Source: Azolla caroliniana
Lineage: Eukaryota; Plantae; Polypodiophyta
Assembly: GCA_043228905.1 (NCBI GenBank)
Contig: JBHGNT010000017.1
Span: 11,284,001-11,348,000 of the forward strand
DNA length: 64,000 nt
Direction: 5' to 3'
Shown: positions 23,706-38,109 of the stretch, in pieces
Layout of the letters: each line of letters begins with the position of its first letter
Numbering within the stretch: the stretch's first letter is position 1
Program-made: the position numbers and the translations under genes
Notes under the pieces: model-generated
The model's input: only the letters and a program-made list of their open reading frames with translations
Told to the model about the DNA's origin: nothing
Databases searched by the model: none

Positions 23706-26700
23706 CTGCTGCGGCTGGGATCGACTCCCCTTCCTCTTCCTCTTCCTCCTTTCTTTCTCCTTCTCATATCAATCCTTTGCATTTCCGCTTTCAGGGATTT
23801 CATCCTCACATGAGGACTTCGACACCTGTTACGGGTAAGTCTTTTTTCCATTCTGCTGCTTCTGGTTTGCACCCTGAAAATGGAAATAATGGAGGAGGAG
23901 GAGGAGGAGGAGGAGGAAGAGAAGAAGAAGAAGAGACGAGAAAACATTCTTCTTCATCGGAGTCTAGATTCCCAATGCAGAATGCAGCTTCCTTGTTCAA
24001 CACTCATCAGGAAAGGAGATTTCCTGCACCTCTATGGCGATCAGCTGAGCAAAGAGTGGAAGCTGATCCTCCTTTTGTTCCTCCTCCTATGTACCAACAT
24101 CATTCAAGTTCATACATCTTTGGAAGTTCTGGTTCTCATAATGTTGCTAAAAATTGTTCTTGGAGTGCATCATCCTCATCATCCAGCCAAAAGAAGGAAA
24201 AGAATGAAACGTTTGTTTTTGGTTCATGTTCTACAGTACCTGTGCCTGGAAATGGGATCTTGCGGCAGAAGATCCTGCAAAGCTCCGCCGCAAGACCGAA
24301 TGGTATTAAATCTAAGAAGCATCACCGAGACATTCTCAAGGGAAAGAGCTCTGCTCCTGTAATGCGATCCATGGCTTCTCAACCTGGAACTTCACACAAC
24401 AATGCTGACATAAACTTTATCAATGCTAACTACTTTCGTAATAATTTGTATGCTAATAATGATAAGGGAACTGATGAAGAGAAATCGAGATGCTCTATGC
24501 CAAGGGTGAACACAGAATTACCACTGCATTTTGATGGCACAGGTCCTGGTCGTATGCATCCAGCTGATGTAGATTCTAGCATGAATACTTTCAATGCGAA
24601 TCACTTGCAAAGTTCTTCATTTCCTAACAACGACAAGGATATGAATAAGGCAAAAGATGAATGCTCTATGCCCTGGATGAACACTGAGGAGCCTCTGTGT
24701 TTTAATAGCATTTATACTGCTCATATGCACCCAGCTCCCGACTTTGTTGGAAATTCTTTTGTTTTCAAAAGCAAAGAGAATCACAAACAGAATATGGATA
24801 CTTGTCACCCACCCCAACAGAATCTAGAAGGCTTGTTTACGAGAAGTGTCCCAGATAAAGAAGCTTTCTTCAAATCGTGCTTTTCAGATGTGAATATGGG
24901 CGATGAACGACCTGGAAAATCTAGGACAGGTTCTGAAGCAGCATATTTTGCTGAGGACTTTGTGAGACCTGTTGTCAAGGACAGAAAACCAATTGAGCTG
25001 TCAAAACTGATGGAGTTCAATCTGAATTCTCCTCAACTGGAGGAACTTCAAGAGAAGTTTGTGAAATTTGGGAGAACTATTGAGGAGATAAATAGGCAGA
25101 AAGAGAATCAAGAGCCAAACTTTATGTTTAATAGCCAGAAAGTTCAAAGCAATTTTGTTTTCCAAGCTTCTAGGTCAGATATTCCAAGTAAGGCAAATTT
25201 GGTTTCTGATGAACTGGATACAGGAGAATCTTCTTCTAAAGTCAGTAAAAAACTTGAAAAGTTAGTTGAAGAGCTGGATAAGAAGATGGCAAAACTTGGA
25301 AATTTGCAGGAGGATACCAAAGATACTCAAGGAAATGAGGAATTGGCTCATACTGACAAAGTTGTCGATCCAGAAAGAATGAATGATCATAAAGACGTTA
25401 ATTCAGACACCCAAAGTTCATTTAGAAAATATATGGATCACATTCCTTTACAGAACCATCTCAATCATCATGACAAGAAACTGTTTTCAAGCCATGGAGT
25501 TAGTGAGTATGGTAGTAAGGATGCAATTAAAGCTGAATGGCCAAGAAGAGATGACAATCCTATTGAACATTCAATCGAAGAACTGCGCCAGAAAATGGAG
25601 GAATTAGGTGGTTGTCCAGCCGAAGGAAACAATGATCCTTCCATGGAAGGCCTCCAACAGCAACTGGAGAAATTGGGGAAGTTTTGGAATGAACAAAATT
25701 CTATATCTACAAACAAGACAGATGTTCCTATCACCGAGCAACCTGTTGATGAGTTAGTTACAAAGCTTTCAAAGCTTGGTAGGTTCCATGTGGGAATAAA
25801 CAGAAAAAATAATAGAACATGGAAAGATAGCACTGCTTCTAAGGATCTCAGTCCTATTGAATGTTCAGTTGAAGAACTTTGTGAGAATGTTGCCAAGATG
25901 TGGAAATCTGAAACTGAAGTGGACAAACTGGGTCATAAAATTGCAAACAAAACTGAGCCATCTAGAAATGAGTATATTCCAGATCATGCAGGGAAGGAGA
26001 GTTCTGAACAACCTGGCAAACAGAACTTTAAAGAGGAAAATAACAATCTCAATAGCTTCCAGGAATCACTAAAGGAAGGTCAGAAAGAGGCTTTTGTTTT
26101 CTTTGGTCATCCACTCATGAACACCAATCCCAATGAGTTTCCGTCAGTTGTACCTACTGGTAAGGATGATGTCTTTGATTTTCTTAATATGGAAAAAAAT
26201 GCATTTGCTATACTTTCTTGCTCATTGAACAATTTCTTAATGGCAGTACCATCATTATCTTCTTGTTTCACACCTTCAAATTCAGTTGAAAGAAATCAAT
26301 TCTCATGTCCTGGAAAAGAGGCTCAGGTTGGTGAATTTTCTGCTCCTCTATCTTCTACTGAATCTTCTGAATCTGAAGCGTCACCTGCAGAAAAGGGTAT
26401 TCCAGAAGTAATGTCTCAGCAGAGTTCTCTTTTTGAGTTCCATGGGAATGCAAGGATGCATGCTGGTGTGGCCAGTAGGAGAGTGCATACAGGGCCACCT
26501 CATGTGCGCAAGCACGTGAAGAAAAACTTAAATAGGAAAGATACAGAATCTATGTTCCAAGGAGGGTTTTCCCACACTCCAGACAGAGATAATACAAGCT
26601 GCGAGATGGACTTTTCACCTCACGCTGGTTCAACATCAGCAAAAACGACATGTGAGGTTCAGATGGATGTTGCACAGCATGCTAATGCACCTCATACAGA

Positions 26701-29700
26701 TTCAAAATCGGTGAAAACAACGTATCAGAAGGCCACTGTACAGCATTCTGATGGTTCTGATGGCTGTGCAACTGAAGATTTCAGAACTGCGGCAGTTGAC
26801 TCAGGCATTGGGAAAGAAGAAAAGGTGAATCAAGATTTTGGGTGTTATGATGATCTAGTGGGTCAGAGCATTTCTCATCTCTCCTCTCAAAAAAGAGGAA
26901 AATGGAAAAGAGTTCCCAAAAAAGAGCAGAAGCAGGAATTCGAAAGAATGGAGTCTCGTTATCAAGTGCGCAGCAATTTTATCTTTGGAGCACATCCTTC
27001 AGGCACACATGCTGATAAAGTTCCAATGTCACTTAACCGTAAAGACAGTGTAGGTTGTGATAACACTGGAGCAAACTCTATTGCGTTTCCAATGGATACA
27101 ACAACATATCCCAAGAATATATCTGATGGAAGATCTGTTTCTGTTCAGGGCATCACATTCTTAGTAAATGATAAAAAAGGGAATGATAAACAAACACAGT
27201 TTAGTGAGGCATCTTTTATCAAACCAACTTCAGATAATAGTTCTTCTAAGAGTTCTTCGTTACCTCAGATTTCAACTGGTTCATCTGTAATGAAAACTGC
27301 TACAGTAGAACAAGTCTGTGAGGGTTGGAGATTACGGTTAGTAATCCCCTCTTCCATCTTCCTCCTTACCAATCTTGATAACTGCCAAAACTTCTGATCT
27401 TGTTGTTATTTCACCTTTATAGAGGAAATCAAGCATACGCTCAAGGAGATTTTCATAAGGCTGAGGATTGTTATTCAAGGGGCATAAATAGCATGTCGAT
27501 GAATGAAACTTCCCCAGGCTGCAGAAAAGCTTCTATGTTATGCTATAGTAATCGGGCAGCCTCACGAATGGCTCTAGGAAGAATGAGGGAGGCACTCCAA
27601 GACTGTAGGCAAGCCATCGAACTGGATTACAGATTTCTTCGTGCAAAACTACGAGCTTCTAGGTGAGTTTTGCTATTCAGATATTTGGATGGATAGGAAT
27701 GTAGTATTGTTTTGATACCATTTCTAATGTTTGTCAAATATAGCTGTCATTTGGCATTGGGAGAAAGCGGAGCTGCTTTGATCTCGCTGAAAGAATGTTT
27801 AAAATATGCAAAGGAAAGTAGCAATACTGATCTGAAAATTGCAGAGGAGGCTTTGGATGGAATAAGGAAGGCCGAGGTATCCAGAGAATAATCAAGTTTA
27901 AAATTTTAAGAAGAAATCTAAGATGCAAGTAAATCGTTCTATCTAAAGCCCCATTTTCTTCTCCTAATCTGACAATGCATCGTTGATCAGACAATAAAAT
28001 GATGGCCATCTATATTTATATTCAATTTCAACTTGCTCTTGAAGCTTACGATAATGATGATTTTTTTAACCATACAGCCCAGAAACTATAGTAAAAGAAA
28101 ATAGTAAAAATTAAAATATTTCAGTCCAGCAAAGTACGTAATCCTTTGGGTGCATGCATCTTTATAAAAGATGGAAGGTCAATCAAGAGGATTGCTTGCT
28201 TTGCTGTTAGAAGATCCTGTCTGTTAAGGCTGGTCCTAATTTTGTATGTTGTATTGCAGAAATTGGATGCACATTTGTACAGGGCAAGGAAGCTTTGTCA
28301 AACTGATTGTTTTGCAGATGCAACAGCTGCATTGAGCCTCTTGAATGAAACACTGGTAATAAGTCCATATTCGGAGTTACTGCTGGAATTCAAAGCAGAA
28401 GTTCTGTTCAAAGTAAGATACCGATCGATCTATCAGCTTGATATGTTTTAGGGATGCATGTTTTCTTAAAACATTATTTCATTTACTAAAATTGAGGTTT
28501 ATGAACTTAATATAATACTTATGTGTTTAAGGACCCACAAAACTGATTTGGACTGTTTAGCCACATGTTTAAGGACATACAAAACTGATTGGCCTGTTTT
28601 GCCACATGTTTAAGCTCATAATTATGAAATAAATTTGCAGCTTAGGAAATATGCAGAGGTAGTGAACATGTGCCAAGAAAGTTTGCCATCTGCAGAAGAG
28701 AATCATGTGTCTGCAACTGTTGATACCACTATTATCAACCTCTGGCGTTGGCGCATGTGTGGAAAATCTTTCTTCCATTTGGGCAGGCTGGAAGATTCTG
28801 TAGATTCACTTGGGAAATTTGAGAAAGCTGTTTCAGCCAATATGTCTTACAAGTAAGTTCTGCCACTGTTTATTAGCAAGCTTGAAGCGTTTAATGGTAC
28901 CTAGGGTAGGTAGTTTTCTAAATATATTATCTAAAGTAAGTATTTCTCGTAGAAAATTGTATGTGTTGGGTCAGACTTTGCGCTTTTGGAAGCTCTCTGC
29001 ACATAATATCTGAGGACTAGTTTTACATGTAGGTAGGTGAGCAAGGAGCTGTTTTGGTCTAAAGAGTTGATTGCCATGTAGAACTGACATAAATGGATAA
29101 TGGACTGTATAGATTTGGTTAGCATGAGTCTATCTGTCCATCGAGTCTAATCATAATGTGGATGAGCAAATAAATAGCTCGTAGAAACCTTGTTGTAGAG
29201 AGTTTAGATGCACAAATATAATCAAGGACTATCAGTTATCCTATGAGCTGCTTGATTTGAGCTGTAGCACCAAATTTGGAAAGAACACCTCATATGACAA
29301 AAAAACAGAATCTAAAGAAACCCATTACAATCAAAGTGTTACATACTGGGCATGTTGTTCAGTGACTATGCCATTATCAGGTCATGCTTGTGACTTCCGC
29401 TACGCAGATATGCAGATTATCTATAGTCTAGGCAAATGATTTTTGTCCGTGTACTTGGGTTGTTGATTTTTCCAATGTTTACATGTTTTGGGTTTGGTTT
29501 TTCACTTTCTCAGCTATGGATGTTAAAAAGTTTTATCATCTGCCTCTTCTACCACTGCGGTGCTTATAATGTTGACATTGTCACAACATATTCTTAGATA
29601 TCAAAGCAATATTTCCCCTCGGCTAGCTGCCCCGTTTCTTGTGGTCATATGGCAAGCTGCCAAGCTCATTGCAAGAGGTTGTGCTATAGGAGCGGAATCC

Positions 29701-32700
29701 CACTGGCTTACAGCTTTTGAACCAGCATAGTTATGAGCGCCACTAATCCAAGTCAAGCTCTATTGATTTTGTAAGCCCTGGAATTGTGTCATGCCTGCTC
29801 AAGTTAGGATAAATGTTGCAGTTGTATGTTTTAAAATTAATTATATTGGTACAGGATTTGTACCCAACAGTTTATGGGACATTGATTGGTTAACCTGCTG
29901 TTTGATCCTAGGGGCTTGAAGGTTTCCCTGTTGTGCTTTCCTGTATGCCATGATATCATTATATCTGACTTTGATCTAGGTCATCTGAATTACAGAACTT
30001 GGAAGCATGATTATCACTATTTTGTTAGCTTTGTCCTTAACATTTTTTCAGCCTTCTAAATGAAGAATATGATATAAGCAATGAATGACAGATGTTCTGA
30101 ATTTTTTTCTAATTCCTAGCAATAAAATAAGAGTCGATAAATTTTATGTCAAGAAACTCTAATGCAACTTTTCTGTTTTTGCATCATAATTAAAGATTCT
30201 GTCTTGATATGCATTTTTTTATCCTTACAGAGTGGAAGACATCAACGCCATCCAAACTCTCATGTCTAATGCCCGTGATTTGTTACGACTCAAGGTATGT
30301 TTCTTTCAATTTGTTTTCTAAATATCAAATAACAAATGAGACATTTGAATTGCGTGCAATATTTGCTTCTGTATTCCTTGCAGGCAGCTGGCAATAGTGC
30401 TTTTCAGGAGGGTAGACATGCGAATGCAATAGAACATTATACTGCTGCTTTAGCTTGCAATGGGCAATCACGCCCATATAGTGCAGTGTGCTTTTGCAAC
30501 CGTGCAGCTGCCTCACAAGCCATGGGTCAAATTGCAGATGCTATTGCAGATTGTAGCCAAGCAATTGTTTTAGATCCAAACTATCCAAAGGTGTGTATGG
30601 CACTATGACCTTACTAAACATAAATGGTACAAATTTAGCTGTAAAGTCTTATAATTGGGAAAAACTCAAGACTCCCAGATGCAAATAAGGTTTGTTGCAA
30701 ATAAGGTTTGTATTTTGTCATTTCTATGAACTTTGCCTCATTTTTTTGTCCTTCAGTGGAGCTGCAGATTAGTAGGTATACTGTGCCATTAAGGTTCATT
30801 CTCTCAGATGAATTGTAAATATAGGTGAGGTCACTTAAGATAACCTAGGGGAGTTTCCTGATGGGAGGTAATCTTGTGTCTTGTCCAACCCTTGGTGATA
30901 CTGAGGGCTTAATTTGTATTACGCTGTTGCTTGTAATTTAATGCTCTGCAGGATCATCTGTTCTTTTTGTCACAACTGATAATAACTCTGCTACGTGTTC
31001 TTATTAGATGTACTTACTGAAGCTCATTCCGGCAAATCCATATTGAAAGATATGGACAATATTTCTATTATTTCCTCGGACTGCTGTAGAACAGAAGTGC
31101 TAAATACCTGTACAGCTTATACATGCTGTTGAGTTTTCAACAATTGAAGGTTAACTGTAGTTAGTATTAGTAAATATTAGTTTAACAGCTGCTTTCTAAA
31201 CATGCCAGACTATATTCTTCCATATTGTCCATACTCTTTCTTGTGAATATTATAGAGATAAGAGAGCTGAAAGAATTGAAGGTCAAAAATGTGAAAATCT
31301 TAACCCATAAAAACAAAGTAGAAAAAAATGTATTTTAAACCTAGCTTCCTAAATGATCACTGCAACTGAAGTTGCTTCCATCTGAAGACGTCCATCATGG
31401 GCTGATTCAATATGGGAATGTTGGAGTGTTGAGGATTGCATTTCCTATGCCATGTGATGATAGCTTTAAAGCCGAGAAAATGAGCATCTATATGTAGATC
31501 ATATCATAGTTTGGTTATATATACAATTAACATTACATTTCTCTCTTTGCTCCTGTAGGATAAAGAAGATTTCTTCTATATGTCTGTGTATGATGGGTTG
31601 AGCTATAGGCTCAATAGATATCTATGGAACTTTATCTCCTTTTACATCACAACATACTACTTGCCCCTAAGAATGGCCTCATACCATGCCATTGTCAAGG
31701 GGTTCAGAGGAAGTGGCAATGAGCTGCCAGAGTTTCAAAGGAATGACAAAAAAAAGGCCATTTGCAAACCCTCAAAAGGAAAAAAGATGAAAAATAAGAA
31801 AAAAGTATCAAAATACGTTAAATTTCCACAATAACAACTGTTCCATTTCCTAGACAGTAACGACTGTTTGGACAGTTGCAACTTGAGTCTGGGTGGCGGG
31901 TCAGAAGAGCATGGACTGGGACGTTTGGCTTGATGGTGAGACACCAAAACATGATTCAGAAAACTTTATGCAGTTGTCTCAATAATGGATAGTAGCTACT
32001 TAGATTTTCTTGCTAAGAAAACAATTTGAAGTAACACTGAATCATAGTTGCAGTATGAAACAAAAGCTCTAAAATTTTGTGTTAGAAGCCCTAGGCTTTG
32101 AAGAAATAACAAAAAGAGCAAAAGAACTATCATTTGTCCACAAATTTGTGACATTCTGCTCCAAACCTGTGAGGAGTGACCTTTTGGCTTTCATAAAATG
32201 ACCTTAAAAATAACGAAAATTGAGGTTAACATACTATGATGGGAAGAGGCTCTAAATCATATCCAAATTCATGGGGAGACATTTGATCAAAGACAGTGGA
32301 AACTTGATTTTCAGAACTCTTAATATTAAGTTAAGGATGACTACAGATTATGTCCTAGAATGACGACAGTGTTTAATATATGTCTACTTGATTGGCAAGA
32401 TATATTGGATACTGGATTCCCTATAAAATTGATTATTAATGAGTACAATGAGTTTTATGTCTCACGAAACCGTTGCCTAAGTGTTTAACAGCTAACTGAT
32501 TCGAAAATCTCTAAAACTGTTTGGTTTAGCTTGAATTTTTTGTAAGGGTTCAGTTTGAACATTTTCGGTTTAAACGGTTTCATAGTTTTGTTTTGTTTGG
32601 TTTAAGTTTGAGACTCTTAAACCAAACCAAACTGTTGCTTATTGCTGTTCATATCAAACATATTTGGGGGATATGAAAGGATGAAATCTAACCTCTAGCA

Positions 32701-35700
32701 TTGAGAAATAATTTGGTCCATCCAAGGTTGAGAGATTGTCTAGTTTTATTATTCTTTGTTGACATGTATGTTAGTAAGCCCCAATATCATAGGTCATGCC
32801 AATAACAATGGCATTTATTAACATTTATGTGCAGGCCTGTTAAGGTCATAATCTACCATGAAGGCTATACTAGAACACTGAATACAATCACTAAAGGAAA
32901 TAACAATAGATGAGAAGAGGAATTGGAGGCCAGTAATTGCTCCTCAGTTAATATAAGGAGGCGTTGAATTCATTAAGGGGGGAGGAACACATCCGTGAAT
33001 GAGGGAAGGAGGTGGTGCTGATTCAGTACAGAGTTGGAAAATACCATTTTAGGTGTATTTCTGTTGTATGATGTAGGTGCCAGGTGGTCCAAATTTCTAA
33101 TTGGCTGTAATTTAATTCCAGAAATCAAAATTGACTGAAGTTCTCCTATATTCTGAATTTTTTCCATCAATTCAGCAGCTATCATTGCGTGATATGTATC
33201 TTGTTTGCAATCTCTTCCATAAACTCTCATATTAGCAATCACCATCAGAAATTCAATTTCATATTATTGATTTACATATGCCTTGATAGAAAAACCTTTA
33301 TTTGCTTATCTCTTTTGAGCTTTGATTCTTTTGCAACTTGGTGATTAGACATATCCATTCATTCTTAAATTTGCTTGAGTATTTTCCACTTATTTTTATC
33401 CATTCTCAATAGGCTGTGGATGAAACCAAATTGATGATTTCCAGTTATACAACAGGGAGCTCAAAAGATTGAACTGTGTAGGGGAAAACCAAATACAAGT
33501 TCATCCCTCTTGAGACTATGTTGAAGGTACTTGGATTTCACATCCACTAATCATTCTTATTTTGTGGTAGACATATCAGTGATCCCACCTTACTCGTGTA
33601 GATCTAGGCTGTGGATAACAAAAGCAGTTCAGTCGGTAAGTGAAGACCTTGCTCACTGGTTCTCCCTGTGGTTCGCTAGTGGGGATTAGTGGGCACTATC
33701 AGTGATCCCGCCTTACCTTGTGTAGATCTAGGCCATGGATAGCAAAAGCAGTTTAGTGCGTAAGTGAAGATCTTGCTCGTTGGTACACCCTGCGGTTCAC
33801 TTGTGGGGATTTAGTGGCACTTCCCCAGGGGCATGTTATGTTCATCTTGTAGAAGAGGAGATCTAGCTTATGAATATAGTGAGGACTAGTGTTCCTATCT
33901 GGACAGACAAGTATGGACACAGTGAGTGTGGTATGTTGACTACCTCTGTCTAGAGGATTAGTGCACGGTTCACGAGGTTCAAGATCACCGATAACTTGGA
34001 TTTAGTTGGGTACATGACTTAGTTATATCTTTGGATTATCACTTCAGGTTCAATGAGGTTCAAGATCACCGATAACTTGGATTTAGTTGGGTACATGCCT
34101 TGGCTATATTTTTGGATTATCACTTCAGGTTCATTTTGACATCCACGAAGAGGAAGGAACCTATGCTCAAATAGGTTTGCAACCACTTGCAGTGTAGATG
34201 GTTTGAGATACTTGCACAGTGATCCATATGCAGTGTAAAGTTTTTTCACTGTCAATTGATATTTTTACTCACGAGGTATGTGCGCTAGAGTAACATCAGA
34301 TACTGTTATTAGCCCCAACACAGAACATTCATGCTCCAGAGATGGGGAGAGACTAGAGTGTTTCTCAACCCAGGTCCTTGAAAACCATTTTTTGATCAGC
34401 TCTTATGGAGTGTATTCTGTCATAGGAGAATGGCACTGCTGACTAAGAGACAGAGTTTTACAAATGTGATCTTTATACTCTTTCTCCTTTCTTAAGATGT
34501 TCTGTAAGAGTTTGGATGACTTATGGAGAGGACTATGATGGTCAAGGATCTGAAATCAGCAAATTCTTCATTATGACGGCCCTGACTAGGACATTGGGTG
34601 TTTCACGATGCAGTTGATCTTCTGATGATCACTGGTCTTTGACTCACTTGCCAGATGCGATGTCTGTACTCAGATATTTTTTCTATGAAAACGGGATGTG
34701 GAATATACCCTGGAGTCAAGACATTATCAGAGGCAGACCTGGAGATTGCAAGTCCTCATTGTGATCAGCTCTTATGGATTGTATTCTGTGCAATGGGAGA
34801 ATGACAACGCTGACTTAGAAACGAAGTCTTGGGCGTCTCACGATGCAGTTGATCTTCTGATGATCACTGGTCTTCGACTCACTTGCCAGATGCGATATCT
34901 GTACTCAGATATTTTTGCTATGAAAACGGGATGTGGAATATACCCTGGAGTCAAGGCATTATCAGAGGCAGACCTGGAGATTGCAAGTCCTCATTGTGAT
35001 CAGCTCTTATGGATTGTATTCTGTGCAATGGTAGAATGACAACGCTGACTTAGAAACGAAGTGTTACAAATGTGATTCTTATATCTTTTCATCCTCCATT
35101 CATAAGATGTTTGGTAAGAGTTTGGATCGCATAGATCTGATAGAATATTCCCATGGAGAGCAATACTGATAAAGTATCTGAAATCAGTAAATTCTTCATT
35201 GTGAGGGCCCTGACTAGGACATTGACTGGGCATCTTGAGATGCAGTTGATCTTCCGATGATCATGACCTTTGACTCACTTGACAGATTTGATGTTTGTAC
35301 TCAATATCCTGCCCCTTTTTCATGCATGATTTCAGTTACATGCTTGCTTCTAAGTACTGATAGGTGATCTTTACCACACATTCACAAGCCATAAATTTGG
35401 CATGTTTTACCAGATTGCACACTGCAGAAAGCATGATTTCAGTTACGTGCTTGCTTCTAAGTACTGATAGGTGATCTTTACCACACATTCACAAGCCATA
35501 AATTTGGCATGTTTTACCAGATTGCACACTGCAGAAAGCATCACAACAATGGTCAGTTTTTAATAATTAACGAAACATTGTGCTAATGTTCCTAGTGATT
35601 GGAACAATTTCGATAATGTCATTTGCTAACAGAGGGAGGATGCAAGGAGGGATAATATAATAGACATGAATGCACTGGTAATTATAGTCATTCCAAGAAA

Positions 35701-36698
35701 AAACATGCAGGCTATATCCAGAAGAGCCACATTACATGAAATGATCCGAGATTATGGTCATACATGTACTGACTTAAGAAGGCTCATTACACTTTTGGAA
35801 GGTCAACAATCAAATTCCCAGGTACCCAAGAGTAGTCATGATCTAAGGCAAGCTCGGATGAGACTAGAGAAAGCAAATGATGAGATGAAGAAGGGCCATG
35901 CCATCGATCATTATATGATATTGTAAGTCCTTTGTTGGTGGTCTTATTTTTTTACTAACGCTCTCTTGGTTGATCAATGGATAATCATAGATGTACATTT
36001 ATCATATTTTCAGGGGTTTGGATTGTTCTTGTTCTGCAAATGATATAAAAAAGGCATACCGCAAGGCAGCTTTAAAACACCATCCTGACAAGGTATCTTT
36101 GTCTGCAATCCTCTTTATCTAGTATGTATTAGAAAATTTCTGGCACGCATCTAAATTCCAGACGACTTGTCATACTTCTGCAGGCTAGTCAGTTCTTAAT
36201 GCGCTGTGAGAATGGAGATAATGGAAGCTTTTGGAAAGAAGTTGGTAATGAGGTTCGCCAGGATGCGGAGAGACTATTTAAATTAATTGGTGAAGCATAT
36301 GGGGTTCTATCAGATCCAGAGAAGGTCTGTTCGTAGGGAACAATTGCCCTTTTTGAACATATATATATATATATTACTTCTTTCTGTTTTTTACTGGCTG
36401 TATGTCTATTCAATATCAGCGGCGTCGATATGATGGGGAGGAGTACAAGTCAAGGGCAAAAAATTCTGGTTCTTCGGAAACAAGCACAGATGAATATAAG
36501 AATTCGCCTTATGAGAGAACCTTTAGGCGGCAATGGGATCGTGGAGATACTTGGACTGGGTATCACTGTCATCGTTGGCAGGATGAACCTGATGCAGCAG
36601 AACCTGATACATATTCACGAAGAGGTTCACGTACATGGAGTTCCTCAAAATCTAGTAGAAACCGAAGAACCAAGGACTACTATTATGGTGAAATATGA
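23669..36698 (+). CDS. TPR-repeat + C-terminal J-domain co-chaperone (plant DNAJC7-like, long disordered N-terminus). Exons: start-27336, 27423-27662, 27744-27876, 28260-28412, 28641-28852, 30231-30294, 30384-30590, 35711-35922, 36014-36092, 36184-36324, 36420-36698
   Basis: TPR motifs RGNQAY..G....[15 protein letters not shown] and [22 protein letters not shown]; J-domain DHYMILGL...[16 protein letters not shown]...[18 protein letters not shown]; GT-AG junctions. Start codon uncertain (first in-frame ATG at 23810). Confidence 0.92.
33575..35540. repeat. Cluster of local tandem duplications in the long intron of the TPR-J gene
   Basis: Units of about 123 bp (33575-33820), about 63 bp (33973-34133), about 235-bp mosaic units (34390-35310) and about 107 bp (35323-35541). 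Confidence 0.8.
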
Positions 36699-38109
36699 CA
36701 CATGTTCTTAGATGCTAAATGGTTGTCCTTCAAAGGATGAGCATGTGCTGTTGTGAAAGATGAAATCTACTTATTGCACTTGATTTTGAATCACGGGCTG
36801 TCATTGAAGGGATGCTTTTCCAGTTGCAGATCCACAATTCTTTAATTGATCTATTATAATCAAGTTCTCAATCAAAAATCTGTAAAGTGGATAGTAGAGC
36901 TTTATAGTTTTTTTAGTGTTATGAAGATCTATTTAAATGTCTCTAGATGAGGAGATAATTATTCTGCCACTTCTTTACATAAGTGGTGAAAGCTTTCCTT
37001 TCGGAAACAGAATTGTGAAAGCTTTCCTTTCAGAAACAGGATTTTCATAAAACATCGAGGCCCTCAACTACAATTGTATACATCCTAACCTAACATGAAA
37101 GAATGGCAATGATTTGGCTAATTGGTGTTTCTATGGTTTGCAAATCTGCAATGTAAAGAAATGAAATGTCATTTTTCTCATAGTAAATGGTATGTCTCTT
37201 GAAATATTTATCAGTGTAACATATTTGCCACAGGCAGAACGGTGCAAACCAACTGAGCTAATGGCCTGTCATGTGGGCCCAGAGAGGCAGCAACACCGGG
37301 AGTAGGGGCAGCCATCCATTATTCATTCCTCGCGATAGAAGTATACACTAACCCTGTGGCGTTTTGTGTTCTCATTAGCACATATGATTCTCTTTTCATG
37401 AAGGGAAATTGTTGTACATGTATGACTAGCTGTATATAGACAAGCTTTTTTTTAAGAAAAAGCAAGAATAAAACAATAGAAAATGTATCAATAAGAGTGT
37501 GTTCTTACTCAAAGGGTAAAAGGAGGAAGAATAAGAAGATTAGAAAATGTGAGAAGAGGCTTGTAGGAAGGAGGAAGAATATAAGATCTACAAGACGTGA
37601 GAAGGGGCTTGTTAGAAGGAAGAATAAGAAGATTAGAAGAAGTTGGAAGAGGCTTAGTAGAGGAAAGAAGGTAGAAGAAATTCTATATGAAATGAGAAGT
37701 GTCTTGGTAGGAGGTGGAAAGAAGAAGGGAAGTCTATTTGGGTTTAATGTCATAGAAAGAAAGAAAGTTCTATGTGGTGGAGGTATTAGTGTGAGTCTAA
37801 GAAGTTTCGATTGTTCTTTAATATTATGAAATAAAATTCTTCTCTCTTCATCTTCTTTTCTCTTTCTTTTTTCTATCTCTGTTCATCATTTGGCGCTCTA
37901 GGGAGGGTTGATCCTTTTTGTAAAGGAGGGAGGTCTTATTCTTTCTTTGTGTTACTATACTACATTAGCTTGGCAATGCAATTCATGTTTTCAAATGAAA
38001 GGACACAAGATGCTGGTGCCTTTTTTAGCATCCTTTGAGCATCATGATATGTCTCTATTGGACGCATCACTGACAATGAAAAGTTGCTTTTGTTGGTAGC
38101 TACATTCTA

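Noticed and set aside
32973-33530. Nested gene in the long intron
   Set aside because: Short ORF and exon-like pieces with no recognisable motif and internal stops.
37497-37829. Lys/Arg-rich ORF
   Set aside because: Arises from purine-rich low-complexity sequence; no domain signal.
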